Assembly: GCA_011391155.1 (NCBI GenBank)
Contig: JAABRA010000331.1
Span: 43-64,042, forward strand
Reading direction: 5' to 3'
DNA: 64,000 nucleotides
Source: Burkholderiales bacterium
GTDB lineage: Bacteria > Pseudomonadota > Gammaproteobacteria > Burkholderiales > Burkholderiaceae_C
The first letter of the stretch is position 1. Each line of letters begins with the position of its first letter. The position numbers were made by a program, and so were the translations under genes. Under the pieces are notes generated by a model. The model was not told the origin of the DNA. It saw only the letters and a program-made list of their open reading frames with translations, and made no database searches. Positions 16,055 through 24,812 of this stretch are shown piece by piece.

Positions 16055-17473
16055 TCACTGCGGCGGCTCGCGATACTCGACATAGGCGCGCCCCCGCACA
16101 TCCTGCGCCCAGGTCAGATAGGCTTCTTCGAGCTTCTTCTCCCGCACCAGGCCCCGAACGACATCGCGCTGCTCCCGCGGGCCGAGCCGGTTCTCGCGCC
16201 GCTCCTGCAACTGGATCAGGTGCACCCCGAAGCGCGAAACCAGGGGCTGGCTGATCTGCCCCGGGGTCAGCCGGTTCACGGCCTCCTCGAACTCAGGCAC
16301 GAACTGGCCGGGGTTCACCCAGCCGAGGTCGCCGCCTTCACGGGCGCTGCCGTCCTGCGAGTGCTCCCGCGCCAGCGTGGCGAAATCCGACTGGCCGGCC
16401 AGAATCCGGCGCCGGAAATCGGCCAGGCGCTCGACGGCAACAGATTCGCTCAGTTGCGGCCCCGGGCGCAACAAAATATGGCGCGCGCGGCTCTGCGTGA
16501 CGGTCATCGCGGGCAGGTTGGCCTGGCGTCTTTCGACCACCTTCAGCACGTGGAACCCGGCCCCGGAGCGCACCGGGCCGGCAATGCCGCCCGCCGGCAG
16601 GGATTTCGTGGCCTCGATGAACAGGGGGGGAAGGCGGTCCGGGCTGCGCAGGCCGAACTGTCCACCCGTCCGGTCGCGGTCGGGTGCGTCGGAGAGTTCC
16701 CGCGCCAGCGCGGCAAAATCCTCGCCCGAGCGCGCCCGGGCCGCCGCGCGTTCTGCGCGGGCCTGTGCGCTGGCGAGTTGTGCGGCATCGATATTTTCGG
16801 GGACGGCCACCAGGATCTGCGCCAGGTTGATCTCCACGCCCGCCGTGTCCGCGCCATCCTGCTTTTCCTGGATGAACTGGTCGATGTCGGCCTCGGTGAC
16901 GCGGATGCGCGAATCCAGCTCGCGCTCGCGCAATTTGGTCAGCAACAACTGGTTTCGCAGGTCTGCGCGGAACTGCGCCACCGAGAGCCCGTCCTGGGCC
17001 AGGCGCTGGCGCAACTCGGCCACGCTGATCTGGTTCTGGGTGGCCACACCGAGCTCGGCCTGGTCCACCGCCGCATCGTCCACCTTGACGCCGGCCTCGT
17101 GCGCGAGCTGGATCTGGGCCTTTTCGTTGATCAGGCGCTCCAGCACCTGGCGCGCCAGCACCTCGCGCGCGGGCATGGCCCCCCCTTGCTGGGCCAACTG
17201 CTGTTCCGTGCGGACCAGTTTTGCGGCGACCTCGTTGTTGGTGATGGGTTCGCTGTTGACCACCACGACGATGAAATCGGCCGGGCGCGGCCCGCTTGTG
17301 GCGGGGCGCGACAGCGGAGTGCTCGCCCCCAGCCGGCCGGTGGGGCGCAGTCCTTGCGCGTGCACCAGGGCCGGCAGTAACGCCGCCACGAGCAGGGGCG
17401 CGCCCAGCAGGGCGCTCCGCAGCGCGGCGCGAGGGGGCCGGGCGGCGCGATGGTGTGGATGTGAGTTAGTCAT
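16055..17473 (-). CDS. surA: periplasmic chaperone / peptidyl-prolyl isomerase SurA
   Basis: 472 aa with a signal peptide. The SurA N-domain contains VVVNSEPITNNEV, and two parvulin-like domains contain ARHILL, GGDLGW, FVPEFE and QISQPLVSRFGVHLIQL. It overlaps the lptD stop by 8 nt. Confidence 0.9.
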   Translation of the reverse strand: MTNSHPHHRAARPPRAALRSALLGAPLLVAALLPALVHAQGLRPTGRLGASTPLSRPATSGPRPADFIVVVVNSEPITNNEVAAKLVRTEQQLAQQGGAMPAREVLARQVLERLINEKAQIQLAHEAGVKVDDAAVDQAELGVATQNQISVAELRQRLAQDGLSVAQFRADLRNQLLLTKLRERELDSRIRVTEADIDQFIQEKQDGADTAGVEINLAQILVAVPENIDAAQLASAQARAERAAARARSGEDFAALARELSDAPDRDRTGGQFGLRSPDRLPPLFIEATKSLPAGGIAGPVRSGAGFHVLKVVERRQANLPAMTVTQSRARHILLRPGPQLSESVAVERLADFRRRILAGQSDFATLAREHSQDGSAREGGDLGWVNPGQFVPEFEEAVNRLTPGQISQPLVSRFGVHLIQLQERRENRLGPREQRDVVRGLVREKKLEEAYLTWAQDVRGRAYVEYREPPQ

Positions 17474-19820
17474 AGTTGCTGAAGCGGCTGGGGGAGGGGG
17501 TCGGTTCGCGCAGGTACTGGTAACGTGAAATGTTGTCGCGCAGGGTTTTCAGCGGATTGGCGCCCAGCCGCGAAAACCCGACCAGTTCGAGCTGCATCGC
17601 AATGTTGGCGTTGGCGGAGTTCGTGGCGGTTTGCAGCCGGTTATAGACGATGCGGGCCAGCCAGCAACCGGCGTCATACTCGATTCCAACCAGCGCACTG
17701 ACCATTTCCCGGTCCCTCAGACTGTAATTCAGTCGCCCGACACTGTACCAGCGGCCGGCACCCTGGCCCTGGCCCTGGCCGAGATCCCGGCCCTTGTCGC
17801 CCCACAGGTCATTCAGGGGCCATTGCCATCCCGCGTCGATCGATTCGCTGACGCCGGCCTGCAGGCGATAGGCGAGGTTGAAGACGCGGTAATTCCCGGG
17901 GTGATAGCTGGCGCCCAGGGTGGTGCGAACGGAGCGGGCGGTGTCGGCGTCGAACTCCACCGAGGCCGCCGCATCCCATTGCTCGGACCAGTTCAGGGCG
18001 CCGCCCACCAGCACGTCGCTCCAGCCCGTCGGCACCGGCGCCTGGCCGGGCAGCGTGACCTGCTGCGGGCTGAAGCGCAGGCGGTTGGCAATGCCCAGCT
18101 GCGCCAGCTGCGCGCCGGTGCCGGGATCGAGCATTCGCGACGAAAGCCCCAGCGTCAACAGGTTGTTGTCCGCGACGCGGTCGTTGCCGACGAAGGCGTT
18201 CTCGGTGTAGATCGTCGTGAAGTTGAAGTCGTATGACGCCGTGTCGTAGTTCGGCAGGTAGTTCTGATTACGGTACGGCGTGTAGACATAAAACGCGCGG
18301 GGCTCCAGCGTCTGGCGCAGGTCGCGGCCGAACAGGCGGCTGTCGCGCTCAAAGAGCAGGCCGCTGTCCAGACTGAAAGTGGGCACCACCGGGTTGGCGC
18401 TGGTGGCCCCGGTGGACACCGGGGCATCAAAAAGATAATTGGCGGCATGCACCTGCACCTTCGGCGTGACGAAGACGCCGGGAAGCGCCCAGGGCCGGCT
18501 CAACTGGGCACGGCCAAAGGTTCGCTGCGCATTGGGCTGGCCGGTGAGCGCCGGACTGGACTGAAAGCGCGTGTAGTCCAGGTCCACCGCAACGTCCAGG
18601 CCCGCTCCCGGGCTGGCAGCGTAGCGGCCGGTCAATTGCGGCATGCGGTCATAAGGTGGCACGATGGGTGCGCCCGGGTCTTGCAGGGTTTGCCAGGACA
18701 GGGCCCGCGCCGCTGCTGAAAAGGGGCCACGGCTCCAGCTCAGATTGGCGTCGTTGGCCAGCAGGCGATTGGTCAGGGAGGTGTTGACGCGCGTGAAGTC
18801 TTTCCAGTAGTTGTCGTCGCTGACCCGGTTGATGTTCACGCTCAGGCCCAGCCCCCCGGGCAGGTTTTGCGTGTGCGCAGCCGCAAGGCCCCAGCGGGTT
18901 TGCTCGCGCAGCCGGTCCCAGGGCATGAGGTTGCCCCACAGAAGTCCCTTGTAGTCCGTTTCGAGATAGCGGTATTCGCCGGCCAGATCGACGCCGCGTT
19001 TCGAAAAGATCGAGCCGGTCAGCGTGGCATCGCGGTTCGGCGCGAGATTCAGGTAGTACGGCTGGGCGACTTCCACGCCGTTGACGTTGCCCAGGCCAAA
19101 CGACGGTGCCAGGAAGCCGCTCTTGCGCTTGTTGCTGAGCGGAAAGCTGACCTCGGGAATGGGCAGGATCGGGACATCCATGAAACGCAGGGTCGCCCCT
19201 TCGGCCCGACCGACCTCTTCTTCATTGTCGATATTGATGCGGTTGGCCCGAAGCACCCAGTCGGGTAGCCATTCGGGGCCACCGGTACGCCGGCAGGTGC
19301 TGTAGCGGGCGTTGTGGAGAATCCAGTGCTTTTCGTCGACAAAATCCACGCGCTCGGCATCGCCCTGGGCACCGTTTTTCAGCAAATCAAAGGTCGGCTG
19401 GGTAAAAAATCCCCTGAACGTTTCGACTTCGAGCTCCAGCGCCGGGCCTTCGTAGACGTTGCCCTCGCGGTTGATGCGCACATGGCCGCTGGCGCGCGCC
19501 GTGTCGTCCGGGCTGGTGTACTGCAGGCGATCCGCGCGGATCACGGTGCCGCCCGTGCGCAACTCGGCATCGCCGTCGATCCGCGTTTCCTCGTCAATGC
19601 GGCCCGACAACCGGTCGCCCCGCAGGAATATCGGCAGATCACGAATCTGGGCCGCCGGCAACTTTTCCTCGAGCAGGGCGCTGCCGTTCAGCTTCAGCGC
19701 GTCATCGCCGGGCGCCGTCTGTCCCCACGCGACACCCTGCAGCAGGCCCGCCACCAGGACGGCCACAGGCGTCAGGCGGCATTGCGGAATCGGCGGCTCA
19801 GGCTTCATCGAAGGTGGCAA
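17466..19820 (-). CDS. lptD: LPS-assembly outer-membrane protein LptD
   Basis: 784 aa with a signal peptide. The N-terminal OstA-like domain contains DLPIFLRGDRLSGR and DAELRTGGTVIRADRLQY. A large beta-barrel follows, with alternating aromatic residues and a C-terminal ...RFSNYD. Confidence 0.92.
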   Translation of the reverse strand: MPPSMKPEPPIPQCRLTPVAVLVAGLLQGVAWGQTAPGDDALKLNGSALLEEKLPAAQIRDLPIFLRGDRLSGRIDEETRIDGDAELRTGGTVIRADRLQYTSPDDTARASGHVRINREGNVYEGPALELEVETFRGFFTQPTFDLLKNGAQGDAERVDFVDEKHWILHNARYSTCRRTGGPEWLPDWVLRANRINIDNEEEVGRAEGATLRFMDVPILPIPEVSFPLSNKRKSGFLAPSFGLGNVNGVEVAQPYYLNLAPNRDATLTGSIFSKRGVDLAGEYRYLETDYKGLLWGNLMPWDRLREQTRWGLAAAHTQNLPGGLGLSVNINRVSDDNYWKDFTRVNTSLTNRLLANDANLSWSRGPFSAAARALSWQTLQDPGAPIVPPYDRMPQLTGRYAASPGAGLDVAVDLDYTRFQSSPALTGQPNAQRTFGRAQLSRPWALPGVFVTPKVQVHAANYLFDAPVSTGATSANPVVPTFSLDSGLLFERDSRLFGRDLRQTLEPRAFYVYTPYRNQNYLPNYDTASYDFNFTTIYTENAFVGNDRVADNNLLTLGLSSRMLDPGTGAQLAQLGIANRLRFSPQQVTLPGQAPVPTGWSDVLVGGALNWSEQWDAAASVEFDADTARSVRTTLGASYHPGNYRVFNLAYRLQAGVSESIDAGWQWPLNDLWGDKGRDLGQGQGQGAGRWYSVGRLNYSLRDREMVSALVGIEYDAGCWLARIVYNRLQTATNSANANIAMQLELVGFSRLGANPLKTLRDNISRYQYLREPTPSPSRFSNYD

Positions 19821-19916
19821 GGAGGGCGATCATCTATCGGGAGCATCCGGCACAGGCGCAGGTGGCAGGCCGGTCTGGCCGGGAGGGAAGGGCTGGATTT
19901 GTAGAATGGATTATCC

Positions 19917-21092
19917 ATGAGCGCACATCTCCCACCCCCGAATCCCGCCCCGGCGCCAGCGCGCGCGGCGCCCGTCTGGACCGATCCCGCCCGCGAGGCT
20001 GCTTTTCAGCGCTGGCTGGACCGCGAATCCGCCGGCCACGGGCTGGTCGCCGGCAGTGTGCGGCCCGCTTCCGCCGACGCCAGTTTCCGGCGCTATTTCC
20101 GGGTGGACCGGGCCGATGGCGCGGGCAGCTGCATCATCATGGACGCGCCGCCGGCCCAGGAAAACTGCGCCCCGTTCGTGCACGTCGCCGCGCTGATGCT
20201 TGAGGCTGGCCTGAACGTGCCGCGCATCCTGGCCTGGGACGCGCCGCAGGGCTTCATGCTGCTCAGCGATCTCGGCGCGAAAACCATGATGGAGACGATC
20301 GACCGCGAACACCCCGGCTCCAACGCGCCGCTGTACGGGCAGGCGATCGATGCGCTGATCACCTGGCAGCTCGCCTCGAAACCCGGCGTGCTGCCGCCGT
20401 ATGACGACGCCTTGCTGCGCCGGGAGCTGGCGTTGTTTCCCGACTGGTACCTCGCGAAGCACCGGGGCGTGGTGGTCGAGGGTGCGATCCGCGAGACGCT
20501 GGACAAGACCTTTGATGCGATCGTGGCGCACAACCTGGCCGCGCCGAGCGTCTACGTGCACCGCGACTTCATGCCCCGCAACCTGATGATGCCGGCCGGG
20601 CCGGGAAGTACCCCGGCGACGCAGCCCGGTGGAACGGATGAACCCCGCCCGGGCGGGAGTCCCGAAACACGCCTGGGCGTGTTGGACTTCCAGGACGCGG
20701 TTTACGGCCCCGTCACCTACGACATCGCCAGCCTGATGCGCGACGCCTTCCTGAGCTGGGACGAGGACTTCGTGCTCGACGTCACCATCCGCTACTGGGA
20801 AAAGGCGCGCAAGGCTGGCCTGATGGACTTCGAGGACTGGCACCGTGACTTCGGTGCGTTCTACCAGGCGGTGCAATGGATGGGCCTGCAGCGCCACCTG
20901 AAGGTCGCCGGCATCTTTGCGCGCCTGACGCTGCGCGACGGCAAGCCCCGCTACCTGGCTGACACGCCGCGTTTCATCGGCTACATCCGCGCCACGGCCG
21001 GCCGCTACCGCGAGCTCGGGCCGCTGCTGCGCCTGATCGACCAGGTCGAAGGCACCGAAGGGGTCTCGGGCTATGCTTTTGGCCGGATTTAG
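19917..21092 (+). CDS. amgK: aminoglycoside-phosphotransferase-fold kinase, N-acetylmuramate/N-acetylglucosamine kinase-like
   Basis: Matching stretches are PASADASFRRYFRV, IIMDAPPAQENCAPFV, GFMLLSDLG, YVHRDFMPRNLM and VLDFQDAV. It is divergent from lptD, as in the pseudomonad amgK-murU locus. It contains a Pro/Gly-rich insertion (PAGPGSTPATQPGGTDEPRPGGSPE). Confidence 0.65.
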   Translation: MSAHLPPPNPAPAPARAAPVWTDPAREAAFQRWLDRESAGHGLVAGSVRPASADASFRRYFRVDRADGAGSCIIMDAPPAQENCAPFVHVAALMLEAGLNVPRILAWDAPQGFMLLSDLGAKTMMETIDREHPGSNAPLYGQAIDALITWQLASKPGVLPPYDDALLRRELALFPDWYLAKHRGVVVEGAIRETLDKTFDAIVAHNLAAPSVYVHRDFMPRNLMMPAGPGSTPATQPGGTDEPRPGGSPETRLGVLDFQDAVYGPVTYDIASLMRDAFLSWDEDFVLDVTIRYWEKARKAGLMDFEDWHRDFGAFYQAVQWMGLQRHLKVAGIFARLTLRDGKPRYLADTPRFIGYIRATAGRYRELGPLLRLIDQVEGTEGVSGYAFGRI

Positions 21093-21140
21093 AGCGAAAA
21101 TGGCACTAACCCAGCGTAAAACGGTCATAGTTAGCTATAT
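21081..21140 (-). repeat. dispersed intergenic repeat, clear copy
   Basis: The reverse complement reads ATAGCTAACTATGACCGTTTTACGCTGGGTTAGTGCCATTTTCGCTCTAAATCCGGCC. It overlaps the amgK TAG stop and ends about 20 nt before the rsmE start. Confidence 0.8.
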
Positions 21141-21161
21141 ATTTGTAAGTTATTGGAGCCC

Positions 21162-21917
21162 ATGCCGCGTTTCCATTGCCCCGTGTCACTGGTCAGCGGC
21201 GAACTCGTCGATCTGCCCGCCGGTGCCGCGCGCCACGTGCAGGTGCTGCGCCTGCAGCCTGGCGCGGTCATCACCCTGTTCAGCGGCGCCGCCGAAGGCG
21301 CCGGCGCGATCGGTGGCGAGTTCGACGCCACGGTCACCCGCATGGGCCGCTCCGACGTGCAGGTTCTCGTCGGCGCGCACTATGCCATCGAGCGCGAGGC
21401 GCCGCGCGCGGTGCACCTGCTGGCTGGCATCACCGCCAATGAGCGCATGGACTGGCTGGTCGAAAAAGCCACGGAACTCGGCATGGCCAGTCTCACGCCG
21501 CTGCTGGCCGGGCGCAGCGTGCTCAAGCTCAAGGGCGAGCGCGGTGACAAGAAACGCGCCCACTGGCAGGCCGTGGCCGTGGCCGCGTGTGAGCAGTGCG
21601 GGCGCAACCGCGTGCCGGTGGTTCACGAGGCGGTGAGTCTGGCCGAATGGCTGGCCGCCCAGTCCTTCGCGTCTGCAGACCCGGCGGAGCCGATGACACG
21701 CCTGGTGTTGTCCCTGCACCCCGAAGCTGGCGCGTTGCGCGAGGCCGTGCCTGACCACGGTCCGATCACGCTACTGTCCGGTCCCGAAGGCGGCCTGACG
21801 CCAGCCGAGGAAGCCGCCGCCATGGCGGCTGGCTTTATCCCCGTGACGCTGGGACCGCGGGTGCTACGGGCCGAGACGGCGCCGCTGGCGGTGTTGGCGG
21901 CGTTGACACTGGGCTGA
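21162..21917 (+). CDS. rsmE: 16S rRNA (uracil1498-N3)-methyltransferase
   Basis: MPRFHCPVSL... is the usual RsmE N terminus. Further matches are LLAGITANERMDWLVEKATELG and the C-terminal LSGPEGGLTPAEE...LGPRVLRAETAPLAVLA. The ORF-track start (TTG at 21153) is 3 codons upstream. Confidence 0.9.
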   Translation: MPRFHCPVSLVSGELVDLPAGAARHVQVLRLQPGAVITLFSGAAEGAGAIGGEFDATVTRMGRSDVQVLVGAHYAIEREAPRAVHLLAGITANERMDWLVEKATELGMASLTPLLAGRSVLKLKGERGDKKRAHWQAVAVAACEQCGRNRVPVVHEAVSLAEWLAAQSFASADPAEPMTRLVLSLHPEAGALREAVPDHGPITLLSGPEGGLTPAEEAAAMAAGFIPVTLGPRVLRAETAPLAVLAALTLG

Positions 21918-22058
21918 TCGTGGGCGCGGAGACGCCCGGACGGACGCCATCGGCGCCTGCCTCCCGGGATTCCGTCAACCGGAGTTCTCCGTCAGCATTT
22001 TCCGTGGCTTGTCCAGCGCTTTCGCGGGCAATGCGCGCCAGCGTACGGTGTGGATCGC

Positions 22059-22081
22059 TGGAACGCATTTCAATGCAGCAT
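22059..22081. promoter_or_regulatory. palindromic operator candidate upstream of or overlapping the qNor start (NsrR-box-like)
   Basis: The segment is GGAACGCATTTCAATGCAGCATG, with a perfect core GCATT-TC-AATGC at 22065-22076. It resembles, from memory, the AAGATGCATTT/AAATGCATCTT-type NsrR inverted repeat, matching about 16 of 22 positions. Confidence 0.3.
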
Positions 22082-24368
22082 GCACGCCTACCGCAAACTC
22101 TGGTTCATCCTGATCGCCACTCTGGCGCTGACGTTTTCCCTGCTCGGCTACTACGGAACCGAAATCTACCGACAGGCCCCGCCCCTGCCCGCCCAGGTGG
22201 TCAGTGCCGACGGCAGGGCGCTGTTCACCCGGGACGATATCCTCGACGGGCAGACGGCCTGGCAATCGGTCGGCGGGATGCAGCTGGGCTCAATCTGGGG
22301 TCACGGTGCCTACCAGGCCCCGGACTGGACGGCCGACTGGCTGCACCGCGAACTGACGGCCTGGCTTGCGCTGGCAGCACAAGAGACCCATGGCCAGCCG
22401 TACGCGGTGCTGGCTGCCTCCGCACAAGCGGGGCTGCGTGAAGACCTGAAACGCGAATACCGGGGCAACCGGGTGGACCCGGCCAGCGGCGTGCTGCGCG
22501 TGTCAGCGCGGCGCGCGTTAGCCATGGCGCAAACCGCTGTTTACTACGAACGCTTGTTCTTGGACGCCCCCGAGCTGCAAAAGAGCCGCGAACACTTCGC
22601 GATGAAAGAAAACACGCTGCCCAGCGCGGAGCGGCGGGCCAAGCTGACCCAGTTCTTCTTCTGGACTGCCTGGGCCGCCGCCACCGAGCGCCCCGACACC
22701 GTGGTCACCTACACCAACAACTGGCCGCATGAACCGCTGATCGGCAACCAGCCCAGCGCGGAAAACATCGTCTGGTCGATCGCCAGCATTGTGGTGCTGC
22801 TGGCCGGTATCGGCCTGCTGGTGTGGGCCTGGGCTTTTCTGCGTCGCCATGACGAACCCCTGCCGGCCGCCGCTGCACAAGACCCGCTGCGCAGCTTCGC
22901 GCTGACGCCGTCGCAGCACGCGCTGGGGAAGTACCTGTTTCTGATCGTGGCGCTGTTTGTGTTCCAGGTCATGGTGGGTGGCCTGACCGCGCACTACACG
23001 GTCGAGGGGCAGAAGTTCTACGGCATCGATCTCTCGCAGTGGTTCCCGTATGCGCTGACGCGCACCTGGCACATCCAGTCGGCGCTGTTCTGGATCGCCA
23101 CGGGATTCCTCGCCGTGGGTCTGTTCCTCGCGCCGCTGATCAATAACGGCAAGGATCCCAAGTTCCAGAAGCTGGGCGTGGACATCCTGTTCTGGGCCCT
23201 GGTCGTGGTGGTGGTTGGTTCCTTCATGGGCAACTTCCTCGCCATTGCGCAGATCATGCCGCCGCATCTCAATTTCTGGCTGGGCCACCAGGGGTATGAG
23301 TATGTCGATCTGGGCCGCCTCTGGCAGATCGGCAAGTTCGCCGGCATCGCCTTCTGGCTGGTGTTGATGTTGCGCGGCATCGCACCGGCGCTGAAGCGCC
23401 CGGGTGGCGACAAGAACCTGCTGGCGCTGCTCACCGCGTCCGTGGTGGCGATTGGCCTTTTTTATGGCGCCGGCCTGTTCTACGGCGAGCGCACCCACCT
23501 GACGGTGATGGAGTATTGGCGCTGGTGGGTGGTGCATTTGTGGGTCGAAGGATTCTTCGAGGTGTTTGCGACAACCGCGCTGGCATTTATCTTTGTCACG
23601 ATGGGGCTGGTGTCGCGAAGCATGGCGACGACCGCCAGCCTGGCGTCCGCCTCGCTGTTTCTGCTGGGTGGCATACCCGGCACCTTTCATCACCTGTATT
23701 TCTCGGGCACCACGACACCGGTGATGGCGGTGGGAGCGAGCTTCAGCGCGCTGGAGGTGGTGCCGCTGATCGTGCTGGGCCACGATGCCTGGGAGAACTG
23801 GCGCCTCAAGGCGCGGGCGCCGTGGATGGAGGAACTCAAATGGCCAATGATGTTTTTCGTCGCGGTGGCTTTCTGGAACATGCTGGGTGCGGGTGTGTTC
23901 GGCTTCATGATCAACCCGCCGCTGTCGCTGTATTACATCCAGGGGCTCAACACCACGCCGGTGCATGCGCACGCCGCGTTGTTTGGGGTCTATGGCTTTC
24001 TGGCCCTGGGCTTCACGCTGCTGGTGCTGCGCTACATCCGGCCGCATTACCGCCTGCACCAGGGCCTGATGCGCACCGCGTTCTGGGGGCTCAACGCCGG
24101 CCTGGTGCTGATGATCTTCACCAGCCTGCTGCCAATTGGATTTATTCAGTTCCACGCCAGCGTGAGCGAGGGCCTGTGGTACGCCCGCAGCGAAGCGTTC
24201 ATGCAGCAGCCCCTGCTGCAAACCCTGCGCTGGATGCGAACGTTCGGCGATGGGGTGTTCATCGTCGGCGCTGTATCCGTGGCCTTGCAAGTGGTGCTGG
24301 GATTGCTGGGCAGGACGCCGACGTTCACCGGGAAGGAGGGCGCCGGCTTGCAGCGCCCCGGCCGATGA
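22080..24368 (+). CDS. norB: quinol-dependent nitric-oxide reductase (single-subunit qNor, NorB/NorZ type)
   Basis: 762 aa. The start is MHAYRKLWFILIATLALTFSLLGYYGTEIYRQAPPLP. The N-terminal extension contains WQSVGGMQLGSIWGHGAYQAPDWTADWLHRE, followed by a heme-copper oxidase-like 12-TM core (HLWVEGFFEVF, HHLYFSG). The alternative GTG start is at 22050. Confidence 0.92.
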   Translation: MHAYRKLWFILIATLALTFSLLGYYGTEIYRQAPPLPAQVVSADGRALFTRDDILDGQTAWQSVGGMQLGSIWGHGAYQAPDWTADWLHRELTAWLALAAQETHGQPYAVLAASAQAGLREDLKREYRGNRVDPASGVLRVSARRALAMAQTAVYYERLFLDAPELQKSREHFAMKENTLPSAERRAKLTQFFFWTAWAAATERPDTVVTYTNNWPHEPLIGNQPSAENIVWSIASIVVLLAGIGLLVWAWAFLRRHDEPLPAAAAQDPLRSFALTPSQHALGKYLFLIVALFVFQVMVGGLTAHYTVEGQKFYGIDLSQWFPYALTRTWHIQSALFWIATGFLAVGLFLAPLINNGKDPKFQKLGVDILFWALVVVVVGSFMGNFLAIAQIMPPHLNFWLGHQGYEYVDLGRLWQIGKFAGIAFWLVLMLRGIAPALKRPGGDKNLLALLTASVVAIGLFYGAGLFYGERTHLTVMEYWRWWVVHLWVEGFFEVFATTALAFIFVTMGLVSRSMATTASLASASLFLLGGIPGTFHHLYFSGTTTPVMAVGASFSALEVVPLIVLGHDAWENWRLKARAPWMEELKWPMMFFVAVAFWNMLGAGVFGFMINPPLSLYYIQGLNTTPVHAHAALFGVYGFLALGFTLLVLRYIRPHYRLHQGLMRTAFWGLNAGLVLMIFTSLLPIGFIQFHASVSEGLWYARSEAFMQQPLLQTLRWMRTFGDGVFIVGAVSVALQVVLGLLGRTPTFTGKEGAGLQRPGR

Positions 24369-24513
24369 AGGGGATGTCTCGGTTCACGTCAGGGTAAGGC
24401 CGTCAACGGAGATTGTGTTTGACCCGCCGTGGAACGGCTCCATGATGTCCGAGGCCGCCTGACTGGCTTTGGGCCTTTGAAATCCGATTCGTCCACTGTT
24501 TTGGGAATCCACC

Positions 24514-24765
24514 ATGACAACATTTCCCATCGAGACCGAGCTGCGCTTCACCCGCACCGACACCGGGCAGTCCGTGCTGGCGCAGGCCCATGTGCAGGAA
24601 GTGGCCGGCGACCCGTAGACGCGCCGCCTGATGCAGTTGTGCCTGACGGGCCAGGCCAGCGCTGAAGAACATGGCGAGTTTGGCCGCCTCTGGCAAGACC
24701 GGGTGCGCCGGATTTTGCTGGAGCACGCCCATGACGATGCGGTGTTCAGTATCCGTGCCGAATGA
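24514..24765 (+). pseudogene. 83-codon ORF interrupted by an in-frame TAG (24616-24618); unknown function
   Basis: The translation is MTTFPIETELRFTRTDTGQSVLAQAHVQEVAGDP-TAG-TRRLMQLCLTGQASAEEHGEFGRLWQDRVRRILLEHAHDDAVFSIRAE*. Third-position GC is high on both sides of the stop, in the same frame. Confidence 0.35.
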
Positions 24766-24812
24766 ACAACACAGTCTTGTGCGGACCAACCCCAACCCTT
24801 TTCGGAGCCCCC

